Virus record (IMG/VR): IMGVR_UViG_2690316227_000016 | DNA length: 8,280 bases | Source: a virus | Taxonomy: Duplodnaviria > Heunggongvirae > Uroviricota > Caudoviricetes | Strand: one strand, 5' to 3' | In this document: positions 1-6,217 of the stretch, one piece after another | Position numbering within the stretch: the first letter of the stretch is position 1 | Layout of the letters: every line of letters begins with the position of its first letter | The notes under the pieces: generated by a model | Database searches by the model: none | What the model was told of the DNA's origin: nothing | The model's input: the letters and a program-made list of their open reading frames with translations, nothing else | Translations under genes and position numbers: made by a program

Positions 1-1242
1 ATGGCGAGAAAAACACACCCATTAACCACAGTGCAGATCAAAGCAGCCAGACCAGCGCAAAAGGAGTACACCCTGCAGGACGGCGGAGGGCTTTTTCTCC
101 TGGTCAAACCGTCTGGATCAAAACTCTGGAGATTTTCCTACTACCGACCATCGGACAAAAAAAGAATATTGCTGAGTTTTGGATCGCTTGAAGATGTTTC
201 CCTGGCTGATGCCAGAAAACGCCGTAGCGAGTACAGGACGTTAATCAGTGCCGGAACTGACCCGCAGGACCACGAGAGGCAAAAAAGAGAGACAGAGGCC
301 CGAAGACAAGGGAACACGTTCGAAAATGTGGCGGCGGCATGGTACCAGGTGAAAATCAGCCAGAATCTGGCCCCCAACACGATTAAAGACATCTGGCGTT
401 CGCTGGATAAATATGTATTCCCGTTCATCGGCAACACGCCAATAGATACCCTCACCGCCCGAAGGTTCGTTGAAGTGCTTACCCCCATCAAGGAGCGCGG
501 CAACCTGGAAACACTCAAGCGGGTTTTACAGCGCGTTAATGAGGTAATGGATTACGCCGCCAACAGTGGGCTGATTGATGCCAATCCGGCTATGAATGTG
601 CGTAAGGCGTTTCCCTCACCTGTAAAAAAACATATGCCAACAATCCGCCCCGAACAGCTGCCGGAGCTTATGCAGGCTTTATCAGTATCGGCAACAGAAC
701 GGCAGACCAGATTACTGATTGAATGGCAGTTACTGACCGTAACCCGTCCCGCCGAAGCGTCATCAACGCGGTGGGATGAAATCAACCTGGACGCGAAGCA
801 ATGGACGATACCTGCCGGACGCATGAAGATGCGCAGGGATCACGTTATCCCGCTTTCCGGTCAGGCTATGGCGGTGCTGGAGGCCATGAAACCAATCAGC
901 CACCACCGCAATTACGTTTTCCCAAGTCTGAAAGACCCACAGCAGCCGATGAACAGCCAGACAGCTAACGCAGCATTGCGGCGTATGGGATTCGCTGGCG
1001 TGCTGGTGTCTCATGGATTACGCGCCATATTCAGCACAGCAGCGAACGAGGAAGGATTCGAGCCGGACGTAATAGAGGCGGCACTTGCCCACGTCGACAC
1101 CAACGAAGTTAGACGGGCATACAACCGGAGCAACTACATAGAAAAACGCATCGTGCTGATGCGCTGGTGGGGCGAATTTGTCGAGGCTGCGGCGACGGGC
1201 GTAACCCTCGCCAGTGGTAAAAGGGGTATCCGAGCCGTGTAG
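1..1242 (+). CDS. int: Tyrosine recombinase / integrase, P4-family (prophage CP4-57-like)
   Basis: 413-aa ORF filling the frame. C-terminal catalytic-type motifs are visible: TRPAEA (Arg), HGLRAIF (His-x-x-Arg), LAHV (second His), RRAYNRSNY (Tyr region). The N-terminal part resembles the arm-binding domain of P4-like integrases. Family assignment is from motif recollection, not a search. Confidence 0.9.
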   Translation: MARKTHPLTTVQIKAARPAQKEYTLQDGGGLFLLVKPSGSKLWRFSYYRPSDKKRILLSFGSLEDVSLADARKRRSEYRTLISAGTDPQDHERQKRETEARRQGNTFENVAAAWYQVKISQNLAPNTIKDIWRSLDKYVFPFIGNTPIDTLTARRFVEVLTPIKERGNLETLKRVLQRVNEVMDYAANSGLIDANPAMNVRKAFPSPVKKHMPTIRPEQLPELMQALSVSATERQTRLLIEWQLLTVTRPAEASSTRWDEINLDAKQWTIPAGRMKMRRDHVIPLSGQAMAVLEAMKPISHHRNYVFPSLKDPQQPMNSQTANAALRRMGFAGVLVSHGLRAIFSTAANEEGFEPDVIEAALAHVDTNEVRRAYNRSNYIEKRIVLMRWWGEFVEAAATGVTLASGKRGIRAV

Positions 1243-1250
1243 CTGTACAG

Positions 1251-1295
1251 AAAACCAGTAAAAACTACGAAAACCATGTAAAACCGTCGTATAAT
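1251..1295 (+). promoter_or_regulatory. Phased A-tracts (AAAAC[C/T] at 1251, 1261, 1270, 1280) followed by a consensus -10 hexamer TATAAT (1290-1295)
   Basis: Four A-tracts at 9-10 bp spacing, read directly, which is typical of bent DNA or an UP-element-like region. A perfect TATAAT follows immediately. No convincing -35 was found. Confidence 0.3.
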
Positions 1296-1319
1296 TGCAT
1301 CAAATTTAACGACAAGGCC

Positions 1320-1571
1320 GTGAAACATGAAACCGTTAAGATGCAAAAAAATATCAGATGCAATTGCGACGGGCTGCAACTGGCCCTGATGGTTCAGCAT
1401 GAATTTTGGTCAACCTACGATCCGGAGGACAGGACGACGGCCCCATCAAAAAAACAGGTAGTAGATTTTCTGGTATCCCGTGGCGCTTCCAGAAATCTGG
1501 CGGTAAGTATTGATAAGGTCGTACGTCCGGCATCTATGAAGATCGGAGGCAGGCCCAAAAAATGGCGGTAA
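1320..1571 (+). CDS. Hypothetical small protein (83 codons from GTG 1320; first in-frame ATG at 1341)
   Basis: ORF bracketed by the TATAAT at 1290-1295 and a strong intrinsic terminator at 1583-1605. Basic C-terminus (GGRPKKWR). No family recognised and the Shine-Dalgarno is weak, so it could instead be a non-coding transcript. Confidence 0.3.
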   Translation: MKHETVKMQKNIRCNCDGLQLALMVQHEFWSTYDPEDRTTAPSKKQVVDFLVSRGASRNLAVSIDKVVRPASMKIGGRPKKWR

Positions 1572-1582
1572 CAATCCTGGAA

Positions 1583-1605
1583 GCGGCAGAAATGCCGCTT
1601 TTTTT
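1583..1605 (+). terminator. Rho-independent terminator
   Basis: GCGGC-agaaat-GCCGC hairpin (1583-1598) followed by T7 (1599-1605). Confidence 0.65.
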
Positions 1606-1632
1606 ATAATTCCATTTCAAATCATCAATATA

Positions 1633-1722
1633 AAAAACGGTGTATACCGTTTAAAAACGGTGGGAACTGTTTTTACCCATATCCGATGATTTACCGTATT
1701 TGTCACCGGAATACACCGGATT
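1633..1722 (+). promoter_or_regulatory. Operator-like repeat cluster upstream of alpA
   Basis: Direct repeat AAAAACGGTG at 1633-1642 and 1653-1662 (20-bp phasing). Perfect inverted repeat ACGGT-gtat-ACCGT at 1637-1650. Direct repeat CACCGGA at 1704-1710 and 1714-1720 (10-bp phasing). Confidence 0.35.
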
Positions 1723-1738
1723 CACAAGGTAAATCACG

Positions 1739-1945
1739 ATGGAAGCAATCAGAAAAATTATCTTTCGCCAGGAAGTAAAAAAAATTATCCACATCAAGGC
1801 AGACAGCACGCTGCAAAGCATGATCAACGCCGGAGAATTTCCGCAGGGTTTTCGCGTTGGTTTACGCCGTCGCGGATGGTATGAGGATGATGTGTTGGCC
1901 TGGCAGAAAGAACGCGAACAGGAAGCACGCGGAACGGCTGCTTAA
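1739..1945 (+). CDS. alpA: AlpA-family phage transcriptional regulator (small HTH/MerR-like)
   Basis: 68-aa protein with the characteristic AlpA-family C-terminal region (EFPQGFRVGLRRRGWYEDDVLAWQKERE). Position immediately after int is typical for P4-like elements and PICIs. Confidence 0.8.
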   Translation: MEAIRKIIFRQEVKKIIHIKADSTLQSMINAGEFPQGFRVGLRRRGWYEDDVLAWQKEREQEARGTAA

Positions 1946-1971
1946 CGGGTATCACAGATATGACAAACACG

Positions 1972-2004
1972 AAAAAAGCGGCCCCGATATGGAGCCGCCT
2001 TTCT
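1972..2004 (-). terminator. Hairpin flanked by an A-run on plus and T-run on minus; probable terminator for the minus-strand operon
   Basis: GCGGC...GCCGC stem (1978-1998) with A6 at 1972-1977, which is T6 on the minus strand downstream of the stem. The plus-strand side has only CTTTCT, so termination of alpA is weaker. Lies about 90 bp past the minus-strand gene that ends at 2094. Confidence 0.3.
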
Positions 2005-2093
2005 GAACAATTAACCCGCTGCGCCTTATGTGTATGTGATCCCAAACATAAGCACGGGGATGATAGCCGCTATCAGGCTGGTGGGCAATGCAA

Positions 2094-2282
2094 TCAGTCT
2101 GGTTCAGTTCGTTGCCATACCTGCAATGAGCGCTTTTCCCTATACTCTTTAAGGAATTGCTCAAGGGCAAAAGCACATGGCGCGAATCTTTCTGATTCAT
2201 GCTCTATCTTTCTGCGCCGTCTTTTCCGTGCCGGTGATAATGTTTTGGTCAATTCTTTATCAGTCATTGTGTTGTCCTGCAT
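2094..2282 (-). CDS. Hypothetical small basic protein (62 aa; alternative start at 2267 gives 57 aa with a better SD)
   Basis: Co-directional with, and 42 bp downstream of, the Arc-like gene. Contains an Arg/Lys-rich stretch RKRRRRK. An AGGA lies 9 nt upstream of the internal ATG at 2267. No family recognised, and ORFs in other frames overlap it. Confidence 0.3.
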   Translation of the reverse strand: MQDNTMTDKELTKTLSPARKRRRRKIEHESERFAPCAFALEQFLKEYREKRSLQVWQRTEPD

Positions 2283-2324
2283 AGCAATGCGCCGTAATAC
2301 CTCACACCACGGCGCTGATAGTTT

Positions 2325-2516
2325 TTATCCTTTGGGTTCTATGCCGCGCCGCTTTAGTTCAGTGCGCCCCAACTCTTTAAGCCAGTTGGCTAGGCTTATG
2401 CCGTCGCTCTGTGCTTCTTTGTCGAATTGCTCTTTTAGCTCTGGAGAAATTCGCATTCTGAATTGTGGGGATTGCCCGTCCCCTTTAGGGCTTTTATCGC
2501 GTTTGATTGTTGACAA
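2325..2516 (-). CDS. Arc-like ribbon-helix-helix DNA-binding protein (putative repressor)
   Basis: The segment SPQFRMRISPELKEQFDKEAQSDGISLANWLKELGR follows the phage P22 Arc pattern (PQF-x-LR...G-x-S-x-N). Only the TTG start at 2516, with AGGTGA 4 nt upstream on the minus strand, keeps the predicted beta-strand; the first ATG (M21) would remove it. Confidence 0.5.
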   Translation of the reverse strand: MSTIKRDKSPKGDGQSPQFRMRISPELKEQFDKEAQSDGISLANWLKELGRTELKRRGIEPKG

Positions 2517-2561
2517 GTGGTCACCTATTGAATTAGCCTTTCCATTGTTAGGTGGTCACCT
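2517..2561. promoter_or_regulatory. Divergent control region with two GTGGTCACCT direct repeats (2517-2526, 2552-2561) and a TTGACA hexamer (2510-2515)
   Basis: Exact 10-mer repeated 35 bp apart. Each contains the odd-centred palindrome GGTCACC. The repeats lie between the divergently oriented Arc-like gene and the Icd-like genes. A matching -10 was not found. Confidence 0.4.
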
Positions 2562-2588
2562 TAACACAAGAGCACTTAAAAAAGCAAA

Positions 2589-2619
2589 GCCCCGCAAGTG
2601 TCATTACCACTCGCAGGGC
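2589..2619 (+). promoter_or_regulatory. Leader stem-loop upstream of the first Icd-like gene
   Basis: GCCCCGCAAGTG (2589-2600) and CACTCGCAGGGC (2608-2619) pair at 10 of 12 positions around a 7-nt loop. No T-run follows, so it is not a terminator. Confidence 0.3.
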
Positions 2620-2650
2620 TTCTAACCAACAACGTAAACTAGGAGCCGTT

Positions 2651-2848
2651 ATGGTTGCCGTAAATCATATACCACACCTTGTACACACACAAACGGCCTT
2701 TGTGTGGCGTTTTCTGGCCCTGAGTGCCGGAGAATCTCAAATCATCCACGTAACCGCCTGGACGGAACGCGAAGCGCGTAGCCGTTGCCCGTCCGGTTGT
2801 GTTGCTGTATTCGCCGCCCGTATTCGTCAGGGGTCACATCATGCGTAA
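2651..2848 (+). CDS. Icd-like small protein, copy 1 (host cell division inhibitor Icd-like family, tentative)
   Basis: 65 aa with an AGGAG 6 nt upstream of ATG 2651. Shares the motifs FVWRF...T...TEREAR...FxARIRQG with the ORF at 3135. The family name is from recollection of P4-like prophage annotations, not a search. Confidence 0.5.
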   Translation: MVAVNHIPHLVHTQTAFVWRFLALSAGESQIIHVTAWTEREARSRCPSGCVAVFAARIRQGSHHA

Positions 2849-2868
2849 AAACCGCTTGCAAAAAATTA

Positions 2869-3105
2869 TAACGGGGCTGTATGCTTCCCCCGTCGCCCAC
2901 ATGGCGACCGGGTTTAGCAGCCTGAATACTGTAGCGGACAGCCGCTTATATTCCGATATGCGGTTTTTTTGTGTCCGTAAGCCTACCCATACCCGCATTA
3001 TGGCGGGGCGTAACGGGGGAGCCTTTGCGCTCGCTGGTTCCTACAGTGCCAGTCTGCTAACCCTGTTACGTCTCGCCACCCCGTTTAGCAGCGTAGTAGC
3101 GAGAC
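2869..3105 (+). repeat. Duplicated non-coding module between the Icd-like genes
   Basis: TAACGGGG at 2869-2876 and 3011-3018. GTTTAGCAGC at 2912-2921 and 3083-3092, followed by GTAGCGGACAG and GTAGCGAGAC respectively. A near-complementary CTGCTAA-CCC element sits at 3054-3063. Small hairpins at 2871-2893, 2892-2908 and 2992-3007. Confidence 0.4.
2934..2970 (+). terminator. Intrinsic terminator-like hairpin plus T7
   Basis: GCGG-aca-GCCGC (2934-2945) and a CCGC...GCGG stem (2942-2963) followed by T7 (2964-2970). It lies inside the apparent N-terminal extension of ORF 2799..3299, which argues that the extension is non-coding. Confidence 0.5.
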
Positions 3106-3134
3106 TCCTTAAAATTACTGTAGGAGCCTTTCAC

Positions 3135-3299
3135 ATGGCTGTATCCGCACGCCCTTACTTTGTCTGGCGCTTTATGCAGTGCCACCACAGCTGCATTGAT
3201 GTATTCACCGTTACCGCTGCCACTGAGCGCGAAGCACGCGCCCAGCTGCCGCACGCACATCTGATTTTTGTCGCCCGTATTCGTCAGGGGGTTTTGTGA
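3135..3299 (+). CDS. Icd-like small protein, copy 2 (paralog of 2651..2848)
   Basis: 54 aa. The TAGGAGCC ribosome-binding context 8 nt upstream of ATG 3135 mirrors that of copy 1. Conserved motifs YFVWRF, TEREARAQLP, FVARIRQG. Its TGA stop overlaps the next start (TGATG at 3297-3301). Confidence 0.5.
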   Translation: MAVSARPYFVWRFMQCHHSCIDVFTVTAATEREARAQLPHAHLIFVARIRQGVL

Positions 3300-3526
3300 T
3301 GAATAAAGTCCCTTTTGAAGTATTAAGCCACTCTGAAAACGCATTAACTAAAGCGCGCGAAATGAATGCGCTGTTAATTAAGTTAATAGACGTGCCGGAA
3401 GATGGTGGAGAACCTGCATCATTAATATTTGCCGCCGTTCAGACATTACTATCGCCTGTAATTGATGAACTGGATAAGGCGATGGCAATTCACGAAAATA
3501 ATAAAGCGCCCCACACCGGAGAATAA
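3299..3526 (+). CDS. Hypothetical small acidic protein (75 aa)
   Basis: ATG 3299 overlaps the stop of the preceding gene, suggesting translational coupling. No family recognised. Confidence 0.45.
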   Translation: MNKVPFEVLSHSENALTKAREMNALLIKLIDVPEDGGEPASLIFAAVQTLLSPVIDELDKAMAIHENNKAPHTGE

Positions 3527-3531
3527 AAATA

Positions 3532-3831
3532 ATGAAACTTAAATATCCTGGCTTAACTGCCAGCGGCAAAACTCGCACTAAATTCATGTGCGGGGATATT
3601 TACCGCGATAAGTACGGCGGAACGGTAATGATTAAGGGCGTGGAGGAACGGCGCGTAACTTACCGCCGTGAAGGCTACGAATATGATTGCGTTATGCCTG
3701 TTTATCAGTTCGACCGTGATTTTTATCTGGTACAGGCAGCGCCCCGCAGTAAGCCAACCAGCAGGGAGAAAGCACGCGCCAATATTCAGGAAATAAGAAA
3801 GATGTTGAACGTATTCAGGGGTAAAAAATGA
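3532..3831 (+). CDS. Hypothetical protein (99 aa)
   Basis: Begins MKLKYPG. Its stop overlaps the start of the replication ATPase (ATGA at 3828-3831). Protein-like composition; possibly a prophage DUF family, unverified. Confidence 0.5.
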   Translation: MKLKYPGLTASGKTRTKFMCGDIYRDKYGGTVMIKGVEERRVTYRREGYEYDCVMPVYQFDRDFYLVQAAPRSKPTSREKARANIQEIRKMLNVFRGKK

Positions 3832-5237
3832 AACTTGCACCGAACGTAAAACAATTACCGAAAGACAAATACACCGAAGCAATTATTTTCGCGGGGAATG
3901 ATGCGCACTCATTTGCAGAGCACTACATCATTGCACAGGCCAAAAAAGCAGGCGATCCAGTCCCCCCCGTTTATCTGGGGTGTTATCAGTTAAGCGAACT
4001 GGATAACCTCCAGATTGTTGATGATGGGCGATACAGGGCGACGGTGATACGCGCCGGAAATATTGAAGAGCCGCAGCTGTTAACCATCGCCACGAAACTG
4101 GCGATCGCCGGAGTCCAGGAGGCGCGGCTAATTTCTGAAAATTTCGAATTGCTGGAGGAATGGAACGACCAGCTTCCACGGCTTAGGGAGGCATGGGAAC
4201 GCGGGGAAAGCCTGGTCATGAAAAAAATCCCCCAGCGAAAAACCACGCTACCGATGAGCGTTGGATCTACCGGATACGACACGCAGCTTGATTACGTGGT
4301 AAAGGGGATTATTCCGGCATCGTCGCTTTGCAGCATATACGGGGCGAGCGGTTCCTATAAATCATTCCTTGCCGGATCGTGGGCGTGTCACGTTTCCACG
4401 GGCCGCCAGTGGGGAGGCCGCAGGGTGGCGCATGGCGCTGTTCTCTATGTGGTTGGTGAAGGCGGTATTGGCGTTCCGCGTCGTGTAAAAGCCTGGGAGG
4501 TTGTGCACGGGGAGCAGGTGAAAAATCTTTACCTTGTAAACCGTCCCATCTTTCCGGCTGTCCCGCTTGATGTTGATGAACTGGTTATTGCTGCCAGCCA
4601 GGTTGAGCGGGAAACGGGTAAACCGGTTCTAATGATTATTCTGGACACGCTGGCGCGTTGCTTTGGCGGCAATGACGAAAATGACTCCCGTGACATGGGG
4701 GCGTTTATCCGTGGATGTGACGAACTGAAACGACGCACAGGGGCCACGGTGCTGGTGGTTCACCATTCCGGCAAGGATGAAACAAAGGGCGCGCGTGGTT
4801 CCAGTGCATTCCGTGCATCGCTGGACGCTGAATACAGGATACGCAGAGAGGACGCAGGAAGCGAAGCGCTGGTCATCTCATGCACCAAAATGAAGGACGC
4901 GGAGGAACTCAAAGAGGCTGCCTATGATTTGCGGGTTGTGGAGCTTTTTACCGACGCTGACGGCGAATTAATTACGTCGCTGGTGGTGGTGGATGAGCCG
5001 CGCCCACCCGTTGAACTGGAGCGCATCGAGGAGGCAGGCAACAAGACGGAAAACCATACCGCGCTATGGGGGTGCATCCGTTCACGCACACAGAACGGCG
5101 ACAAGTGCACGATCCCGCTGTTGCGTGATGACATGAAGAAGATGGGATACGAAATGAAGCACTTCCGGCGCTGGCTGGGCAAGCTGGAAAAAGACGGCGT
5201 TATCTATGTTGACGGCGATGATGTAGGGCCACTGTAA
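3828..5237 (+). CDS. Replication ATPase/helicase, RecA-like (AAA_25/RepA-type); probable satellite replication initiator
   Basis: 469 aa with a P-loop-like GASGSYKS, a Walker B-like PVLMIILD, and the VLVVHHSGKDETKGARGSSAFRASLD block typical of RepA-like NTPases. The C-terminal roughly 100 aa could be a DNA-binding domain. An iteron array follows directly. Confidence 0.85.
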   Translation: MKLAPNVKQLPKDKYTEAIIFAGNDAHSFAEHYIIAQAKKAGDPVPPVYLGCYQLSELDNLQIVDDGRYRATVIRAGNIEEPQLLTIATKLAIAGVQEARLISENFELLEEWNDQLPRLREAWERGESLVMKKIPQRKTTLPMSVGSTGYDTQLDYVVKGIIPASSLCSIYGASGSYKSFLAGSWACHVSTGRQWGGRRVAHGAVLYVVGEGGIGVPRRVKAWEVVHGEQVKNLYLVNRPIFPAVPLDVDELVIAASQVERETGKPVLMIILDTLARCFGGNDENDSRDMGAFIRGCDELKRRTGATVLVVHHSGKDETKGARGSSAFRASLDAEYRIRREDAGSEALVISCTKMKDAEELKEAAYDLRVVELFTDADGELITSLVVVDEPRPPVELERIEEAGNKTENHTALWGCIRSRTQNGDKCTIPLLRDDMKKMGYEMKHFRRWLGKLEKDGVIYVDGDDVGPL

Positions 5238-5440
5238 AAAGTGGGAAGTAAAAGTGGGGAGCATGGGGAATTTAACAAAATTTAAACACGCTTCCCCACT
5301 TTTCGACCTGTATACACCCCAAAAAGTGGGGAGCAAAAAAATCCTTATGAAACAGCATGATAAAAATTACAAATCCCACGCCTTTAACGAGGTGGGGAAT
5401 TGTGAAAAGTGGGTAGTAAAAGTGGGTATAGGTGGGGAAA
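5237..5440. repeat. Iteron array, putative replication origin
   Basis: Six full copies of AAAAGTGGG(G/T)A at 5237-5246 (ending in A rather than G/T), 5250-5260, 5293-5303 (inverted), 5322-5332, 5405-5415 and 5418-5428, plus half-sites GTGGGGA at 5392-5398 and 5432-5438. AT-rich stretches are interspersed, and the array starts at the stop codon of the replication gene. Confidence 0.6.
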
Positions 5441-5448
5441 TAACCAAA

Positions 5449-5691
5449 ATGCGCAGAGACAGAACACAGCAAAAATATAAAGCGTTAGACATGACAGAGC
5501 ACGCTTTAAAGGTGGCAATCAAAGTTATAGACCGCCACACGCGGGAAGGATACGCGAATGAACATCCCGAACTGATAAGCGCATTCATGACCACAGCGGC
5601 GGCAAACTTTGCCACGCTGACAGAACGGGAGATTGCCGAAGCGGAACAGGTAACAACCATCAACGTTAAAACCGGAGAGGTGGAATCATGA
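5449..5691 (+). CDS. Hypothetical small protein (80 aa from ATG 5449; track ORF extends to 5254 across the iterons)
   Basis: The stop overlaps the ssb start (ATGA at 5688-5691). The upstream extension is encoded by the iteron repeats and is probably not translated. No family recognised. Confidence 0.4.
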   Translation: MRRDRTQQKYKALDMTEHALKVAIKVIDRHTREGYANEHPELISAFMTTAAANFATLTEREIAEAEQVTTINVKTGEVES

Positions 5692-6098
5692 CAGCACAGA
5701 TAGCAGCTTACGGGCGGCTGGTGGACGACCCGCAGGTAAAACAGACCAGCAAGGGCACACCGATGACGCTGGCGCGTATGGCGGTATCACTGCCATGCAG
5801 TCAGGCACAGGACGGACAGGCGACGTTATGGTTATCGGTCATCGCATTTGGCAAACAGGCCGACCAACTGGCAGGACATGAGAAAGGCAACGTAATCAGC
5901 TTATCCGGCGTGATGCAGGTCAGTCAGTGGACCGGACAGAACGGGGAGACGCGTCAGGGTTATCAGGTCATTGCCGACAGCGTAATCAGTGCGAAAACGG
6001 TGCGACCAGGCGGGAACAGACGCAAGACCACAGGCACACAGGGTAATCAGCCACCAGCGGGAGGCGATGATCCTTACGGTGATGATATTCCGTTCTGA
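5688..6098 (+). CDS. ssb: Single-stranded DNA-binding protein (SSB family)
   Basis: 136 aa with an OB-fold-like N-terminal region (GRL..DP, W at about position 48, FGK, KG), a Gly/Pro/Gln-rich linker and the characteristic acidic C-terminal tail DDIPF. Confidence 0.8.
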   Translation: MTAQIAAYGRLVDDPQVKQTSKGTPMTLARMAVSLPCSQAQDGQATLWLSVIAFGKQADQLAGHEKGNVISLSGVMQVSQWTGQNGETRQGYQVIADSVISAKTVRPGGNRRKTTGTQGNQPPAGGDDPYGDDIPF

Positions 6099-6107
6099 AC
6101 GCACAGG

Positions 6108-6130
6108 CCGGAGCAATCCGGCTTTTTTTC
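6108..6130 (+). terminator. Rho-independent terminator after ssb
   Basis: GCCGGA-gcaa-TCCGGC hairpin (6108-6123) followed by T7 (6124-6130). Confidence 0.7.
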
Positions 6131-6217
6131 AAACTCTCATATCTTCAAAAATGGTTAATTAATGATAATCTATCGAAAATACTGATTATGCGATGATAAG
6201 TATCAGGAGGAAACAAA

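Noticed and set aside
1-60. att site or tRNA at the integrase end
   Set aside because: The window begins at the int start codon and no tRNA-like sequence was seen. The attachment site is presumably upstream, outside the window.
141-1400. Minus-strand ORFs overlapping int (141..518, 552..824, 763..1014, 1134..1400)
   Set aside because: All are antisense to a well-supported integrase gene and have no start signals or motifs.
2528-2545. 6-codon mini-ORF (MERLIQ) on the minus strand between the two GTGGTCACCT repeats
   Set aside because: Too short to call, and probably a by-product of the repeat that also contains the AGGTGA sequence. Mentioned only as a possible leader peptide.
1960-2625. 221-aa plus-strand ORF spanning the region of the minus-strand Arc-like gene
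   Set aside because: Ser/Cys/Leu-rich composition typical of antisense read-through, with no recognisable motifs. The minus-strand products are more convincing: one has an Arc-like RHH signature, and they sit beside operator-like repeats. Not excluded experimentally.
2799-3134. N-terminal extension of ORF 2799..3299, which would make Icd-like copy 2 a 166-aa protein
   Set aside because: The extension contains an intrinsic terminator and the duplicated non-coding module. The conserved ribosome-binding context points to ATG 3135 as the real start.
3928-5336. Minus-strand ORFs inside the replication ATPase gene (3928..4179, 3986..4282, 4529..4747, 4922..5182, 5082..5336)
   Set aside because: Antisense to a strongly supported gene, with low-complexity translations.
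5237-5440. Possible CRISPR array suggested by the short direct repeats
   Set aside because: Repeats are only about 11 bp, occur in both orientations with irregular spacing, and lack uniform spacers. This is an iteron pattern.
5254-5448. N-terminal extension of ORF 5254..5691 across the iterons
   Set aside because: The Gly-rich residues are simply the translation of the AAAAGTGGG repeats, so the in-frame ATG at 5449 is the more likely start.
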